Under the pieces are notes generated by a model that worked only from the letters and a program-made list of their open reading frames with translations, made no database searches and was not told where the DNA came from. Shown piece by piece: positions 49,110 to 60,500 of a stretch of 64,000 nucleotides of DNA. Source of the DNA: Elsinoe ampelina (taxonomy: Eukaryota); the NCBI GenBank assembly GCA_010093995.1, contig ML992505.1, positions 1,656,670 through 1,720,669 of the forward strand, read 5' to 3'. The position numbers and the translations under genes were made by a program. The first letter of the stretch is position 1. Every line of letters starts with the position of its first letter.

Positions 49110-49692
49110 ATGTCGGATCAGACTGTCTTTTGACACAAGGTATGTGAGCTTCAGTTGATGGCATTGGGCAGTGACTGACAGCTTGACAGATCGCGTTCAT
49201 CACCCATCATGATACCACCGAGGAGGATGGAGTTACGGGAATGACAATGGAACACTTCGACAGTGGGCTAGTTTCAGCTGCTTGCCAGAGATAGCATTCT
49301 ATGGAATCAACACGTTAACCATCAATGTTTGAGCTTTGCTTGTGCTGTTACTGCGTGATCTGTGATTCGATTCACCCTCACCAATTGTGACTTCGATAAC
49401 CACCACCGGACAAACAATATCGAACAAAACCATCAACATCCCACTTTGCCATCAAGCGGGGGATCCTCAGGTACCCTCTTCCCCTCTTGGAGCTAGGACC
49501 AGCCTCAATCAAACAGTCTTTCCACTCGGAGCTCTTCCACCGCCGATCACCCGCATGCTTCTCCGAAAAGCTAAAATTTCAGAAGCTTCAGTCTTGGACT
49601 GCATCAACGGCATCCATACAGCAGACCCATACTGCTTCATACCATCCCGCAGCATGTGCTCCTACTCACCAAATTAATCTCTGCATCTCATA

Positions 49693-52600
49693 ATGGGCAT
49701 CCTCCGCCCCACCCGCCTCCTCCGCGCCGCCTCCTCCCTCTCCGACGTCAACTGGTCCGCCACCCTCTCCCTCCCCAAAACCACCTTCCCGGCCCGCGCC
49801 ACGCCAGAAGACTTTGCGCGCTACCGCCAACGCTGTGCCATCGATCTCTACGCGTGGCAGAAAGAGTATAGACCCGACCGCACGGAGAGCGGGGAGGATA
49901 ACACCTTCGTGCTTCACGATGGGCCACCGTACGCGAATGGCGCGGTGCACGTGGGACATGCGGTGAACAAAGTGCTGAAAGATATGGTGCTGCGGACGGA
50001 GATGGGGAGGGGAAAGAGGGTCGTGTACAGGCCGGGGTGGGATTGTCATGGGTTGCCGATCGAGTTGAAGGCGTTACGGGAGGGGACGGGGAAAGAGCAG
50101 ACCGAGGTGCCGCGGGTGGATGCCATGGAGGTGAGGCGGAGGGCGAGGAAGTTGGCCGAGGAGACGGTGAGGGAGCAGGGGGAGGCGTTTAGGAGTTGGG
50201 GCGTGATGGGGGATTGGGAGGCGCCGTATTTGACGATGGAGAAGGGGTTTGAGGTTAAGCAATTAAGGGTTTGGAGGGAGATGGTCAGTAAGGGTATGGT
50301 ATGGCTCGTCGAGTGGAGGAAGAGAAGAAGGGCTGACGGGAGATAGGTTTGATCTACAGGCAGAATAAGCCGGTGCATTGGTCGCCTTCGAGTCGGACGG
50401 CGTTGGCCGAGGCGGAGCTGGAGTATGATGATGCGCACAAGGTTACCGCTGCGTATATCAAGTTTCCGATCACGAAGCTGCCGCCGGTGTTGAAAAAGAA
50501 TGGGTACGTGGATGCGAATCGATTGACAGCGTTGATTTGGACGACGACGCCTTGGACATTACCGGCGAACACGGCGATCGGAGTACGGAGGGATATCGTG
50601 TACACACTGATTGACTTGCCGGATGAGGGCCAGATGCTGGTCGCAAAAGATCGGTTGGAGGATCTGAAGGCACATTTCAATGGTGTACCCCCTGATATTA
50701 TCATTGAGGAGATACTTGGGTCGGCACTTCTAGAAGGACCAACAGAATACGTCAATGTGCTATCCGGTAAGACGTCGAGGATCATAGATGCCGACTTTGT
50801 CACGTCAACGTCTGGAACTGGCCTGGTACATCTCGCTGCTGGACACGGGATGGACGACTATCTGGTTCTGCAGTCACAAGGATTCAAGGATGTCTTCGCA
50901 CCAGTAGACGATGAGGGCAAATTCACAGCAGAAGCACTACCCAGTGACCCTACTCGACTTCAAGGATTGTACGTCGAGTCCAAAGGAACCAAGGCAGTGC
51001 TGGACATTCTTCAAAATCGCCCAGCCACACTACCTGTCAATACCCACAAAGACCTTTCCCTGGTGTTATCGACAGAGAACTTTGTGCACAAAAATCCCAT
51101 CGACTGGCGGACGAAGCAGCCCGTCATCGTAAGGGCAACACATCAGTGGTTTGCAAATGTCGGAAGTATCCAGGATGCTGCTACCCAAGCGCTGGAGGCA
51201 GTCAAATTCATCCCGGAGACTGGAAAGACAAGATTGCAAAGCTTTCTGAAGGGACGAAGCCAGTGGTGTGTATCGAGACAAAGAGCTTGGGGAGTGCCAA
51301 TACCTGCGTTGTACAATAAGGAGACCGGCGAGGCTATCATGACGACCGAGAGCATCGATCATATCATTTCTGTGATCGAGGAAAGAGGAACTGATGCGTG
51401 GTGGTCAGATCCAGCGGATGAAAAGGCGTGGGTGTCGCCCAGTCTGCCATCTGGTGACTACATTCGTGGCACAGACACGATGGATGTGTGGTTCGACAGC
51501 GGCACTAGCTGGACCAGTCTCTCACTTCGAGAGGATAAACCTGTCGCTGATGCCTATGTCGAAGGGACCGATCAACACCGCGGATGGTTCCAGTCCTCCG
51601 TCTTGACCTTTATCGCTTCCCAGGACAACGCGAATCCTGCGGCTCCTTTCGGAAACCTCATCACCCACGGCTTCACGCTAGACGCTCAGGGCCACAAGAT
51701 GAGCAAGTCACTCGGCAACGTGGTTACACCTGACGAAATACTCAGAGGGGTACTCAAGACAGCTTCCAAGAACCCTCCAAACGCCAGATCCGCCATCTCG
51801 CTACCTAGCCAGACCAATCGACCTTCGACATTAGGTCCTGACGCCCTACGTCTCTGGGTAGCCTCATCCGACTACACCAAAGACATTTCCATTTCCCAGC
51901 CTGCATTACTAGCCGTCCACCAATCCCTGGCCAAATACCGCACAACCTTCAAGTTCCTCCTCGGCGTGACCTCCGACTATCCCTCCGCGCACGCCGACGA
52001 AGGTCTCCTCGAAGATCTCACCTTCGTCGACCAAACCCTCCTCCACGCCCTCGCCAAAACCTCCGCTACCGTCCACTCCCTGCAGGGCAAATACGACTTC
52101 TCCCGCTCCCTCCAAGCCCTCAACGCCTTCATCTCTACCGACCTCTCCGCCACTTACCTCGAAACCGTCAAAGACCGCCTCTACGCCTCCACCTCCGAAG
52201 CCCGCCTCCACACGCAAACCGTCCTCATGATCGTCCTCGACGAGCTCCTCCTCATGCTCGCCCCCATCGTCCCCCACCTCGTAGAAGAAGTATGGCACCA
52301 TTCCCCCGCCGTTCGTCGGAAAGAAGGATTCCACCCGCTGCACCGCGTCTACGACGGCCCATTCTCCGCCGTAGACGAAGAAGACGCCGACGCAGTAGCC
52401 ACTCTCGAGCGCGCGATCAAGAGCATGAAACGCGTGACCGACGCCGTCAAAGCGGCGCAAGAAGACGCGCGCAAGCGCGGCAAGCTGGGCTCCGGACTCG
52501 CGTGTCAGGTGGAGATTCTCGTCCCCGAGGACGCGAGCGAGGAGTTCAAGTTGACGATCAGCAATCTCGAGGCCAACGCCGAACTGGACGATCTGCTCAT

Positions 52601-53132
52601 TGTGTCTGCGAGCGAGGTACTACCCCGCGAAAAGGAGCTTAGGCGGGCGATACAAGAAGAGGAGGAAGCGCAGGAGGGTATGGGGGAGATTGTGCGCGGG
52701 ATGAGGGAGTGGAGGGAGAGTGTGGAGTGGGAGGTCAAGAGGGAGTTTGTGATTGAGAATGAAGAGGAGGGTGAGACGATGGGGGAGGTGAGGGTATTTC
52801 CGTCGGTGGGCGACAAGTGTGAGCGGTGTTGGAAGTATAATGTTTTGCAGATTGAGGGGGAGGAGGGGGAGGAGGAGGATGAGAGGGTGCCGATTTGTGA
52901 TCGGTGTGAGGAGGTGCTCGGGCTTGATGAGGAGGGGGAGGATGAGGAGGATGAGGAAGATGAGGAGGGGGAGGAGGGCGATGAGGAGGATGAGGATGAC
53001 GAGGATGAAGAAGGTGAAGATGACGAGGATGACGAGGAGGAGGATGAGTTGCCGGAGAGAGGAGGTAGGGATTTGAGGGAGCAGAGGAAAAGGGGTTGGA
53101 GGGAGAGATTTGGGATTGGTGGGAAGAGGTAG
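49693..53132 (+). CDS. ISM1: Mitochondrial isoleucyl-tRNA synthetase, 2 exons
   Basis: Presequence MGILRPTRLLRAASS; LHDGPPYANG..HVGH, PGWDCHG, WTTTPWT, EGTDQHRGWF, KMSKS, C-terminal CERC..CDRC; intron 50294-50346. Confidence 0.95.
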
Positions 53133-53267
53133 ACTGTGTATAACATGCTGTGTAATCTACTCAATTCTCCTCCGACCACATTCGAAAAAGAGCACCGTAA
53201 GCCATGTCGCCTGTCATTGTCGATGACGATCGTTGAAAACACTCGCTGAACTCGCTCGTTGAAAAAA

Positions 53268-53810
53268 CTAGCAGTGCCTCCTCCAAAACCCTGTTCTTCT
53301 TATTTTTTTTTCTGAGAAGGCAGCCGTCATGATGATCTTGGGGGCCGATTCCGTGCGTGGGAAGACTGGGCGCCTGCGCTGCTTATCGGCCTGCTGAGTG
53401 GCGTACGGTACAGGGAGGGAGTCGCGACGCTTCGGGGGAGGCTCTTCGGCGTATACCTCAGCCAGCAGCTCTTGGGTATCCACCGATGACCTGTCATCAA
53501 GTGCCTGATTCAAAATCTTCCTGTCCCTGAACTTGCACATGGCTTCCCAGAGATCGTCCTCGTAATCACCGTCGTACTGCCAGAGGAGAGTGGCGGGAAA
53601 AGGACCGTGACGACCGAAGGGATCGCGTTCGGTAACCCCGGGGCCCTTGTTCCACATTGAGAGAGGGGTGAAAGGGCGTGGCGGGGTGGACGACGGATAC
53701 CTAGCCAGGGGGTTCCAATCTTCGGCGGCTGCAATACTGGCTGGCGGGGAGTTCACAGGAGTGGAAGCAGCTGAGGGGGCTGGTGGTGTGCGGTCTGGTA
53801 GGAAATCCAT
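53268..53810 (-). CDS. Hypothetical Pro-rich protein
   Basis: ATG 53810 MDFLPDRTPPAPS..., 180 aa, no family recognised. Confidence 0.5.
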   Translation of the reverse strand: MDFLPDRTPPAPSAASTPVNSPPASIAAAEDWNPLARYPSSTPPRPFTPLSMWNKGPGVTERDPFGRHGPFPATLLWQYDGDYEDDLWEAMCKFRDRKILNQALDDRSSVDTQELLAEVYAEEPPPKRRDSLPVPYATQQADKQRRRPVFPRTESAPKIIMTAAFSEKKIRRTGFWRRHC

Positions 53811-54507
53811 GACGACAGCTGGTGCGGGAGGTTGAGTTGGAGGAGGGGTGGTGGCTGGTGGTGCGTGATCTGGTAGGATTTCCTTGATGGCAGTGAATGT
53901 GATGTGAACAAAAAAGTCGGCGAGAGAGAAGTGAAGAAAATTGTAGACGATTCTTGCATCACGTGCATCACAGGTGGCGACCTCTCCGGTAGCATTATCA
54001 CATGCTCCTTCTACCACGCCTCATCCCTGGTCAATCTCCGTAGGCTCGACCGACAGGTCTACAGGCACTGTCAAACGAAGCCCTTCAATCACTTCAATGA
54101 GCCCATGATTGAGGAATGATCAGGATTTAGAGTATGTGAGTGGACTCGTTGCATATGGTCGTCAGCGTCTCCCTGTTAATGCGACCTACCAGAACACCAA
54201 GAACTAATCACTGGAAGCATCTTCTACATTGAAACGCGCCATTAACCCTTTGGCACGTTGATTAACAGCACGTCTGGTGACATGTAGTTCTACTCGCATG
54301 AATGGAGGTCTAGATAGCAACGATGTTGAAGTTGCAGAACGTCGGGCTAAAGATCAAGCGACGTCGGGACAGCTCCCGATCCGATGGACTCCACCTCATG
54401 AGATGGACCCCGCTCTATGTTGCCCATGATCCCGCAACCATGTGAGCAAGCTATATATCACAGCATACATCTGCTGTGGCCCATTGAGCCTTCAATACCA
54501 CCTTGAC

Positions 54508-55497
54508 ATGCCTCGAGCTCCTCCTCAGGGCATCTATGCCCCGTCCATCACTCTTTTCAATCCGGACGACACCCTCGACCTCATCTCCCAATCCCTCTAC
54601 TTCTCCCATCTCTCGCGGACAGGACTCGCTGGTCTAGTCGTTCTCGGAACCAATGCGGAGACCTTCCTGCTTACGCGCTCCGAACGAGCTCAATTGCTCC
54701 AGACAGCTCGCGATTCTGTCCCGGCAGACTACCCGATCATAGCAGGCGTCTCAGGCCACAGCACGGCCCAGGTCCTCGAATTCATTGCTGACGCTGCCGA
54801 AGCAAAGGCCGACTACGCATTGCTTCTTCCGCCAGCATACTTCCGTGCTGCGACTACGCCTCAGGTCATCGAAGACTTCTTTCTCGATATTGCAGCCAAG
54901 TCACCGATCCCCATCGTACTGTACAACTTCCCTGGCGTCTGCAACGGAGTGGATCTGGACAGCGCGACAATAGCCAAGTTGGCCGAGAAGAGCGAGAATA
55001 TCGTGGGAGTCAAGCTAACGTGCGGATCCGTGGGCAAGGTGACACGGCTTGCTGCTCAATTCCCGCCCGAGAGGTTCGCCGTTTTCGGAGGCCAGAGTGA
55101 CTTCTTGGTTGGCGCCTTAGCAAGTGGGGGAGCAGGGTGTATCGCCGCCTTCGGGAATGTGGCTCCAAGGTCTGTCGTGGAGGTGTACAAGCTCTGGAAG
55201 GCTGGCAAGCAAGATGAGGCACTGAAGATACATGCTCGGGCTGGGCTGGCGGAGGGTAGCGTGAAGGGCGGCATCGCAAGTATCAAGTTCGGAGCGGGAC
55301 TACACAGCATGTTGGTCGCAGGCGTGGGCAAGGACTTGTCATCCGAGAAGAAGCAGGAGTTCGTGCTGGAAAGGACGAAGCCAAGGAAGCCATACCCTGG
55401 TGTGCAAGGGCCGGCCGCGAAGAACATCGAGGATGGACTTAATCCTATCCTAGAATTTGAGAGGGAGCTGGAGAAGAAGAAGGCGCAGTCGGCGTAA
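54508..55497 (+). CDS. gaaC: DHDPS-family aldolase, L-threo-3-deoxy-hexulosonate aldolase-like (D-galacturonate catabolism)
   Basis: GLVVLGTNAETFLLTRSER, LLLPPAYF, YNFPGVCNGVDLDS, GVKLTCGSVGK, GGQSDFL. Confidence 0.85.
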   Translation: MPRAPPQGIYAPSITLFNPDDTLDLISQSLYFSHLSRTGLAGLVVLGTNAETFLLTRSERAQLLQTARDSVPADYPIIAGVSGHSTAQVLEFIADAAEAKADYALLLPPAYFRAATTPQVIEDFFLDIAAKSPIPIVLYNFPGVCNGVDLDSATIAKLAEKSENIVGVKLTCGSVGKVTRLAAQFPPERFAVFGGQSDFLVGALASGGAGCIAAFGNVAPRSVVEVYKLWKAGKQDEALKIHARAGLAEGSVKGGIASIKFGAGLHSMLVAGVGKDLSSEKKQEFVLERTKPRKPYPGVQGPAAKNIEDGLNPILEFERELEKKKAQSA

Positions 55498-55660
55498 ATA
55501 TAATGTAAGATGCAAGGTGAGTTTCTGATGCTTGTCGACTGATAACGTGACTGCCTGGTGGTGAGCTTTGAACAGTGACATGTGACAATCACGACTCTCA
55601 TAAAGGTTCCTGAAAATTTCTCCCCCTCACACCGAACAGATCGGGGAACTCAACACCAAC

Positions 55661-56897
55661 ATGAGTAATTTGGCACGAGAGCTGACTCTGGAGAAGGAGT
55701 CGCATCAGAAGACCAACAGCACTCTAGAGGAGCAGAACCGGATTGTGGCAGAGAGAGATCAAATCATTAAGGAGCGAGATGCTTCTCTGGACAACATGCG
55801 GAAAGAGACGACTGATTCAGGCGAAGCTTGAAAACGCCACAGGACACTTGGAAAACCTTCGAAAGCAGGCGAACACTGACTCCACCACGATCAGGGACCT
55901 TGAGAGTAAAATCAAGACGGCCGAGGCTGAGGCGAGGAATGCGTCGACCAGCATGGAAATCATGTCAAGGGATATGTCAAACCTGTCCACCACCCTGAGC
56001 GAAGCAAATGAGCGCAACGGCAAGCTGCAAACGCAGAATCAGGACCTGATGAGGGAGAAGGACAGCCTTGTAACTGCGGTTGGACAGCATGCCGATGCCA
56101 TGACCGACAAGGAAGCAGAGCTGACGATTGTCAACGAGTCCGTTGGGAAGCTTACCACCAAGAATGAGGAGCTCGGAAAACGAATGCAGACCTTGGACCA
56201 GGAGGCGTCCACACTGAGACATGAGAAGTCGGAAGCTCATTCGGAGATTGTCAAGCTGAAGGATCAAAAGACAGACTTGGAGAATCAGACTTCAGGGTTG
56301 CAGAGCCAGAAGGCCGATTTGGAAATGCAAAATACACAGCTGGAGAGCCGAAATACTGAGCTGGAGAACCAGATGAGAGAGTTGGAGAGCCTGAATGGAG
56401 GACTGGAAACACACAAGGGAACGTTGGAGGAGCGCATCACGGCTCTCGAATCTGAAAGGGAGCTGCTTCAACAGGATAAGTCCACGCTGACATCGCGACT
56501 GGACACAGCCAATAGAGAGAAGGGCCAGCTGGAAGAGAAGACGATCCGACTTGAGACAGCGTCCGAAAGTCACACGAAGGAAACTGAACATATCAGTACC
56601 CTCATTCAGGATCGGGAAACAAGGATCACAGAGCTGGAGACCAACATACAGAACCAGGCCAATGACCTTGGGGGTCAGATATACAATCTTACTACCATGA
56701 TTCAGGATCAGGGCAGCGCCCACACAACCGAGATAGGTATCCTTCAGAGTCAGGTCAACGATCTCAAAGGCGACTTGACCACTCGTGATAGCCGTATCAC
56801 CCTGCTCACCCACCAGAGGGCCTCTCTGTTTCAGGTGGTCTTGAGGCACACACCTGAAGGAACACACGCAACTCTCCGCCGTATGTATGAACGGTAA
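55661..56897 (+). pseudogene. Long coiled-coil protein with apparent frameshift near 55816
   Basis: ATG 55661 frame MSNLARELTLEKESHQK...MRKETTD stops at 55829-55831; heptad sequence continues in +1 frame QAKLENATGHLENLRKQ... Confidence 0.55.
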
Positions 56898-57573
56898 TTG
56901 TCACACACCTCCCATCCGGCGCCATGACCGTTTCTCGTTCTGCACTCACTATGCAACCCGGGAGAGGCTTCATCGACGCCTCAGGATTCACCGATTCTTT
57001 CGACCTGAACGATACACTTGCTGGATCAGCATACAAGGGTTCAGGGCAGTAGCGTTGCAGTTCTTTTTTCGATGGGTAATGGGACGGGGCAACGTGGATT
57101 TCACAGGCGTTCTTGAAATTAAAATAAAGCTACAAAGGCCCAGCAATACAATCATTGTTGGATGAGGTTCCTTCCAGATGCTTGACTGTGTTTTCGTTTT
57201 GGGCACTATAGGGCAGATGGCTAAACACGCTTGTACTCGACCATGAAAACTACCATCAATCAATCTCATGGTGGCACTCTCCACACCTGCTCGCCACATG
57301 TTAGGGTATGCCGTCAGGAGAGTCAGAAGATAACGCCGATTTGGAACGGCCAATCATGGCCGCACCGTTTGTCCGTGGCCAAATCGGAGGGTATGAGGCG
57401 AGTTTAGCAGGCCTTCTTGCGGATGGATATTCGAATGGGATGGGGGATTCAAACGAGACTTTCAAAGACTAGAAGCTAACAGGGTTATCCCACGCTGCGT
57501 AAATTACATGCCTAGCACCCAGTGAAAAGAGATTCTGTCGTTGCCTCATACCTCGCTCCCTGGTGTCGACACC

Positions 57574-60500
57574 TCACGAGCTCGTACCATTGTTCACAAA
57601 CACCTGAATCCTGTTCGCCCCACCACACGCCTCGGTGCTATTCCCCTTGCACTTGTAGTTACACCCCTGCGCCAACGCATCCCCACTCAACGCCCGACTC
57701 GCCAACGGCGCCGTCTTCGCCCCATAACACTCAGAGTAGTACTCCACTCCGCACCAGCCCATGCCCGCCGCCGCACAAGCGTCCAGACAATTTCCCACAG
57801 TAGCGTTGTTCCCCCCGCCGCGAAGAGGAGTGAGCCCAGTCGCCAAAGTGCGCGTGCCCGAGTCGGAGTAGCACCCCATGCTCGCCCAGGTATTGTAGGT
57901 ATCCCTCGCGAAGAAGGTTTGAACCCAGGTGGAGTCGACAGCGACGGAGAGACGGTTGGGTCCGCCGCAGATTTGCGACTTGTCGCCGGCGCAGGTCATG
58001 GAGCAGGTTGTGGTCGAGGTGGTGGGGGCCGTGTTGGAGCACCAGCATTCCGAGGTGTATTCGGTGCCCGAGTACTTGTAGCCGGAGGCGCGGCAGGCGA
58101 GGGCGCATTGGGTGGGCGTGTTGGTGGAGTTGGAGTAGAGTTGGAGGGGGAAGGTGCGGGGGGTGTTGTCCACGTAGCAGCCTAGGGAGGAGACACCGGA
58201 GGGGAGGGTGATGGAGGCGGATGTTGAGGAAGGAGTGGAGGAGGTCGTGGTCGTTGTTGTTGTGGTGGTGGTGGTGGTAGGTGAAGGGGTCGTGGTGGTC
58301 GTGGTCGTGGTAGTTGGGGCGGGAGTAGTAGTTGATGTGGTCGTGGTAGTTGGGGCGGGAGTAGTACTTGTTGTGGTCGTGGTAGTAGTGGCCGGGGTTG
58401 TAGTCGTGGTTGTGGGTGAGGAAGAAGTGGTCGTGGTGGTAGTGGTGGTCGAGGAGCTCACAACGGTCGCGAGCGTGGTAGGTGCAGTCGTGGTAGTTGA
58501 TGGGGAGGGAGCGTTGATGACTGGCGAGACTGTCCCTGGAGCGGAGGTAGTAGTAGTAGTGCTCGTGGTTGTCGTGGCCGGACTTGTCGTAGTGGTGGTA
58601 GTGAGGATCGGGCTGGTTGTGGTCGTTGTCGTAGTCGTCGGCACATCTGTTGTCGTTGATGTGGTGGTGGCACTCGTCGTGGTGCTCGTTGACGCGATCG
58701 TGGTCAGACTACTGCTTGCGGAGGTAATGGTCGAAGAAGTAGTGGTCGATGTCAAGCTTGACGAAGGCCCGAAGCCAGCTACAGGGCTCACAGTGGCTAG
58801 AGTAGTCGTAGTCGAGGATGAAGCGGGACCAACCAGTTTTGCACCCCAAATGACCGAGTTCGAGTTGGCATCACCAAGAGTGCCCTTGAGATAGCAAGCA
58901 TTGCCTGATAGAGAGACGTCGACGCACTTGCTATTGGCTGCGCAGGCTTCGATGCAACCAGCAAAATTCTGGACTGACAGCGAAGCAATGTCGCCGCCAT
59001 AATGATCAATACCGCATTCGATCAGGAAGTTGACACCGGTGGATGCCGTGTAGATTGTATTGTTGCTTCCTGGACATCCGACGGTGCTCGTTGGAGCTGC
59101 TGCGGTCGTGGTAGTGGTTGAGACTGACGTCGACGCGGCACCAGACGAGGTCGTGAGCGAAGTCGAACCGGACAGGCTAGATGTGGAAGCGCTGCTGCTA
59201 GCTTTGACAGCAGCGACATAGTTGCTACCTGAAGGAGTGAATGAGCCGACGTCGCTCTTCAGCCAACATGTACCAGAGCCGGCACCATTGGCACCTCCGA
59301 CATAGACAAAACCCTTGCAACCTTGAGCCGACTGTGAATCACATGTAGTCATGCAGTCGAGGTAGGAGGCGGAGGCACCGACACCAGAGTAAGCACCAAC
59401 GGAGCTATCGGAGCTACACTTGACTGTGTATCCATTGACAACCTGGCCATCGGCAGTAGGGCAGAGATTGCTTGACGGTATGGCGGAAGTGGTGGATCCA
59501 GCAGCTGCAGAAGTGGTCGAGGTGGTGGTAGTGGATCCCTGAGTAATGGTCGACACGGGTGCACTACCATCGAGCTGATAGACAGTGAGACGATTGCCTG
59601 CACCACAGAGCTGTCTGTTGTTCCCAGGGCAGGTCATGGAGCAGTCGGAGTCGGCCGCGATCCCAGCCCCATCTCCGAAATAGCTCCCGCAGTAGCACTC
59701 GGCGCCGAATTCGACACCAAAATACTTGTAGCCATTACAAAAGGAGGCACAGTTGTCCAAGGTCATGTTCGCGCCGTCAGTGTAGGACTTGGCGCTCAGA
59801 GAACGACCCGTGGTCGCCTCGGTGTAGCATAGCAGCGCGTTGTAGTTTCCGACGGTCTCGGGCATGCCGGGGATTGGAGCCTGAGCAGGCGTGCCATTGG
59901 AGTAGAGGGAGAGACGGTTGCCTTGACCGCAGATCTGTGAAGAGTTTCCAGCACAAGGCTGAGTGCAGCCAGCGGCGATGGTCTGCTGCGCGAAAGGACC
60001 AAGGGTTGAGCCACAGTAGCACTGAGATCCGAACTCAAGACCAGCGATGGTGTATCCAGCAGCAGCGCAAGCAGAAGTACAACTTTCAATAGTAGCGGTC
60101 TGGCTGTCAAAGGCGGCGAAGGGTAAGCTGCGCTGATTGCGAGTATTGTCCGTCCAGCATCCAGCGGCGGTCATGTTCCCAGCATAGACTGTCTTGTCCA
60201 GACCATTGTCAGTAGAGTTGCGGGCGGGATCCGGGTAAGGATCATCGCCAGCCTGCTGACGGGTGCCAAAGTCGTAGGCCCTCTTCCCATCACCATAAAA
60301 GTTATCGAGGAAGAGACGAGCTTGTCCAGCAGGTGATGCCATGATGGCACCAGCATCGTGACCGGCGTTGACGTAGTCGACAGTGTCGCACTGACCGGTG
60401 GCAGGATTCGGACAGCTGGGAGGGAATGCCTTGATGAAGTTGAAGAATCGCTCGTTGCGGTTTGCTCCTTGGGTGAAGGGTGCGCAGTTGGAGGAGTCGT

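Noticed and set aside
49693..53132. Functional link between the IleRS gene and the tRNA-Ile gene in the same window
   Set aside because: They are 41 kb apart; the synthetase is the mitochondrial type and the tRNA is cytosolic type. Likely coincidence.
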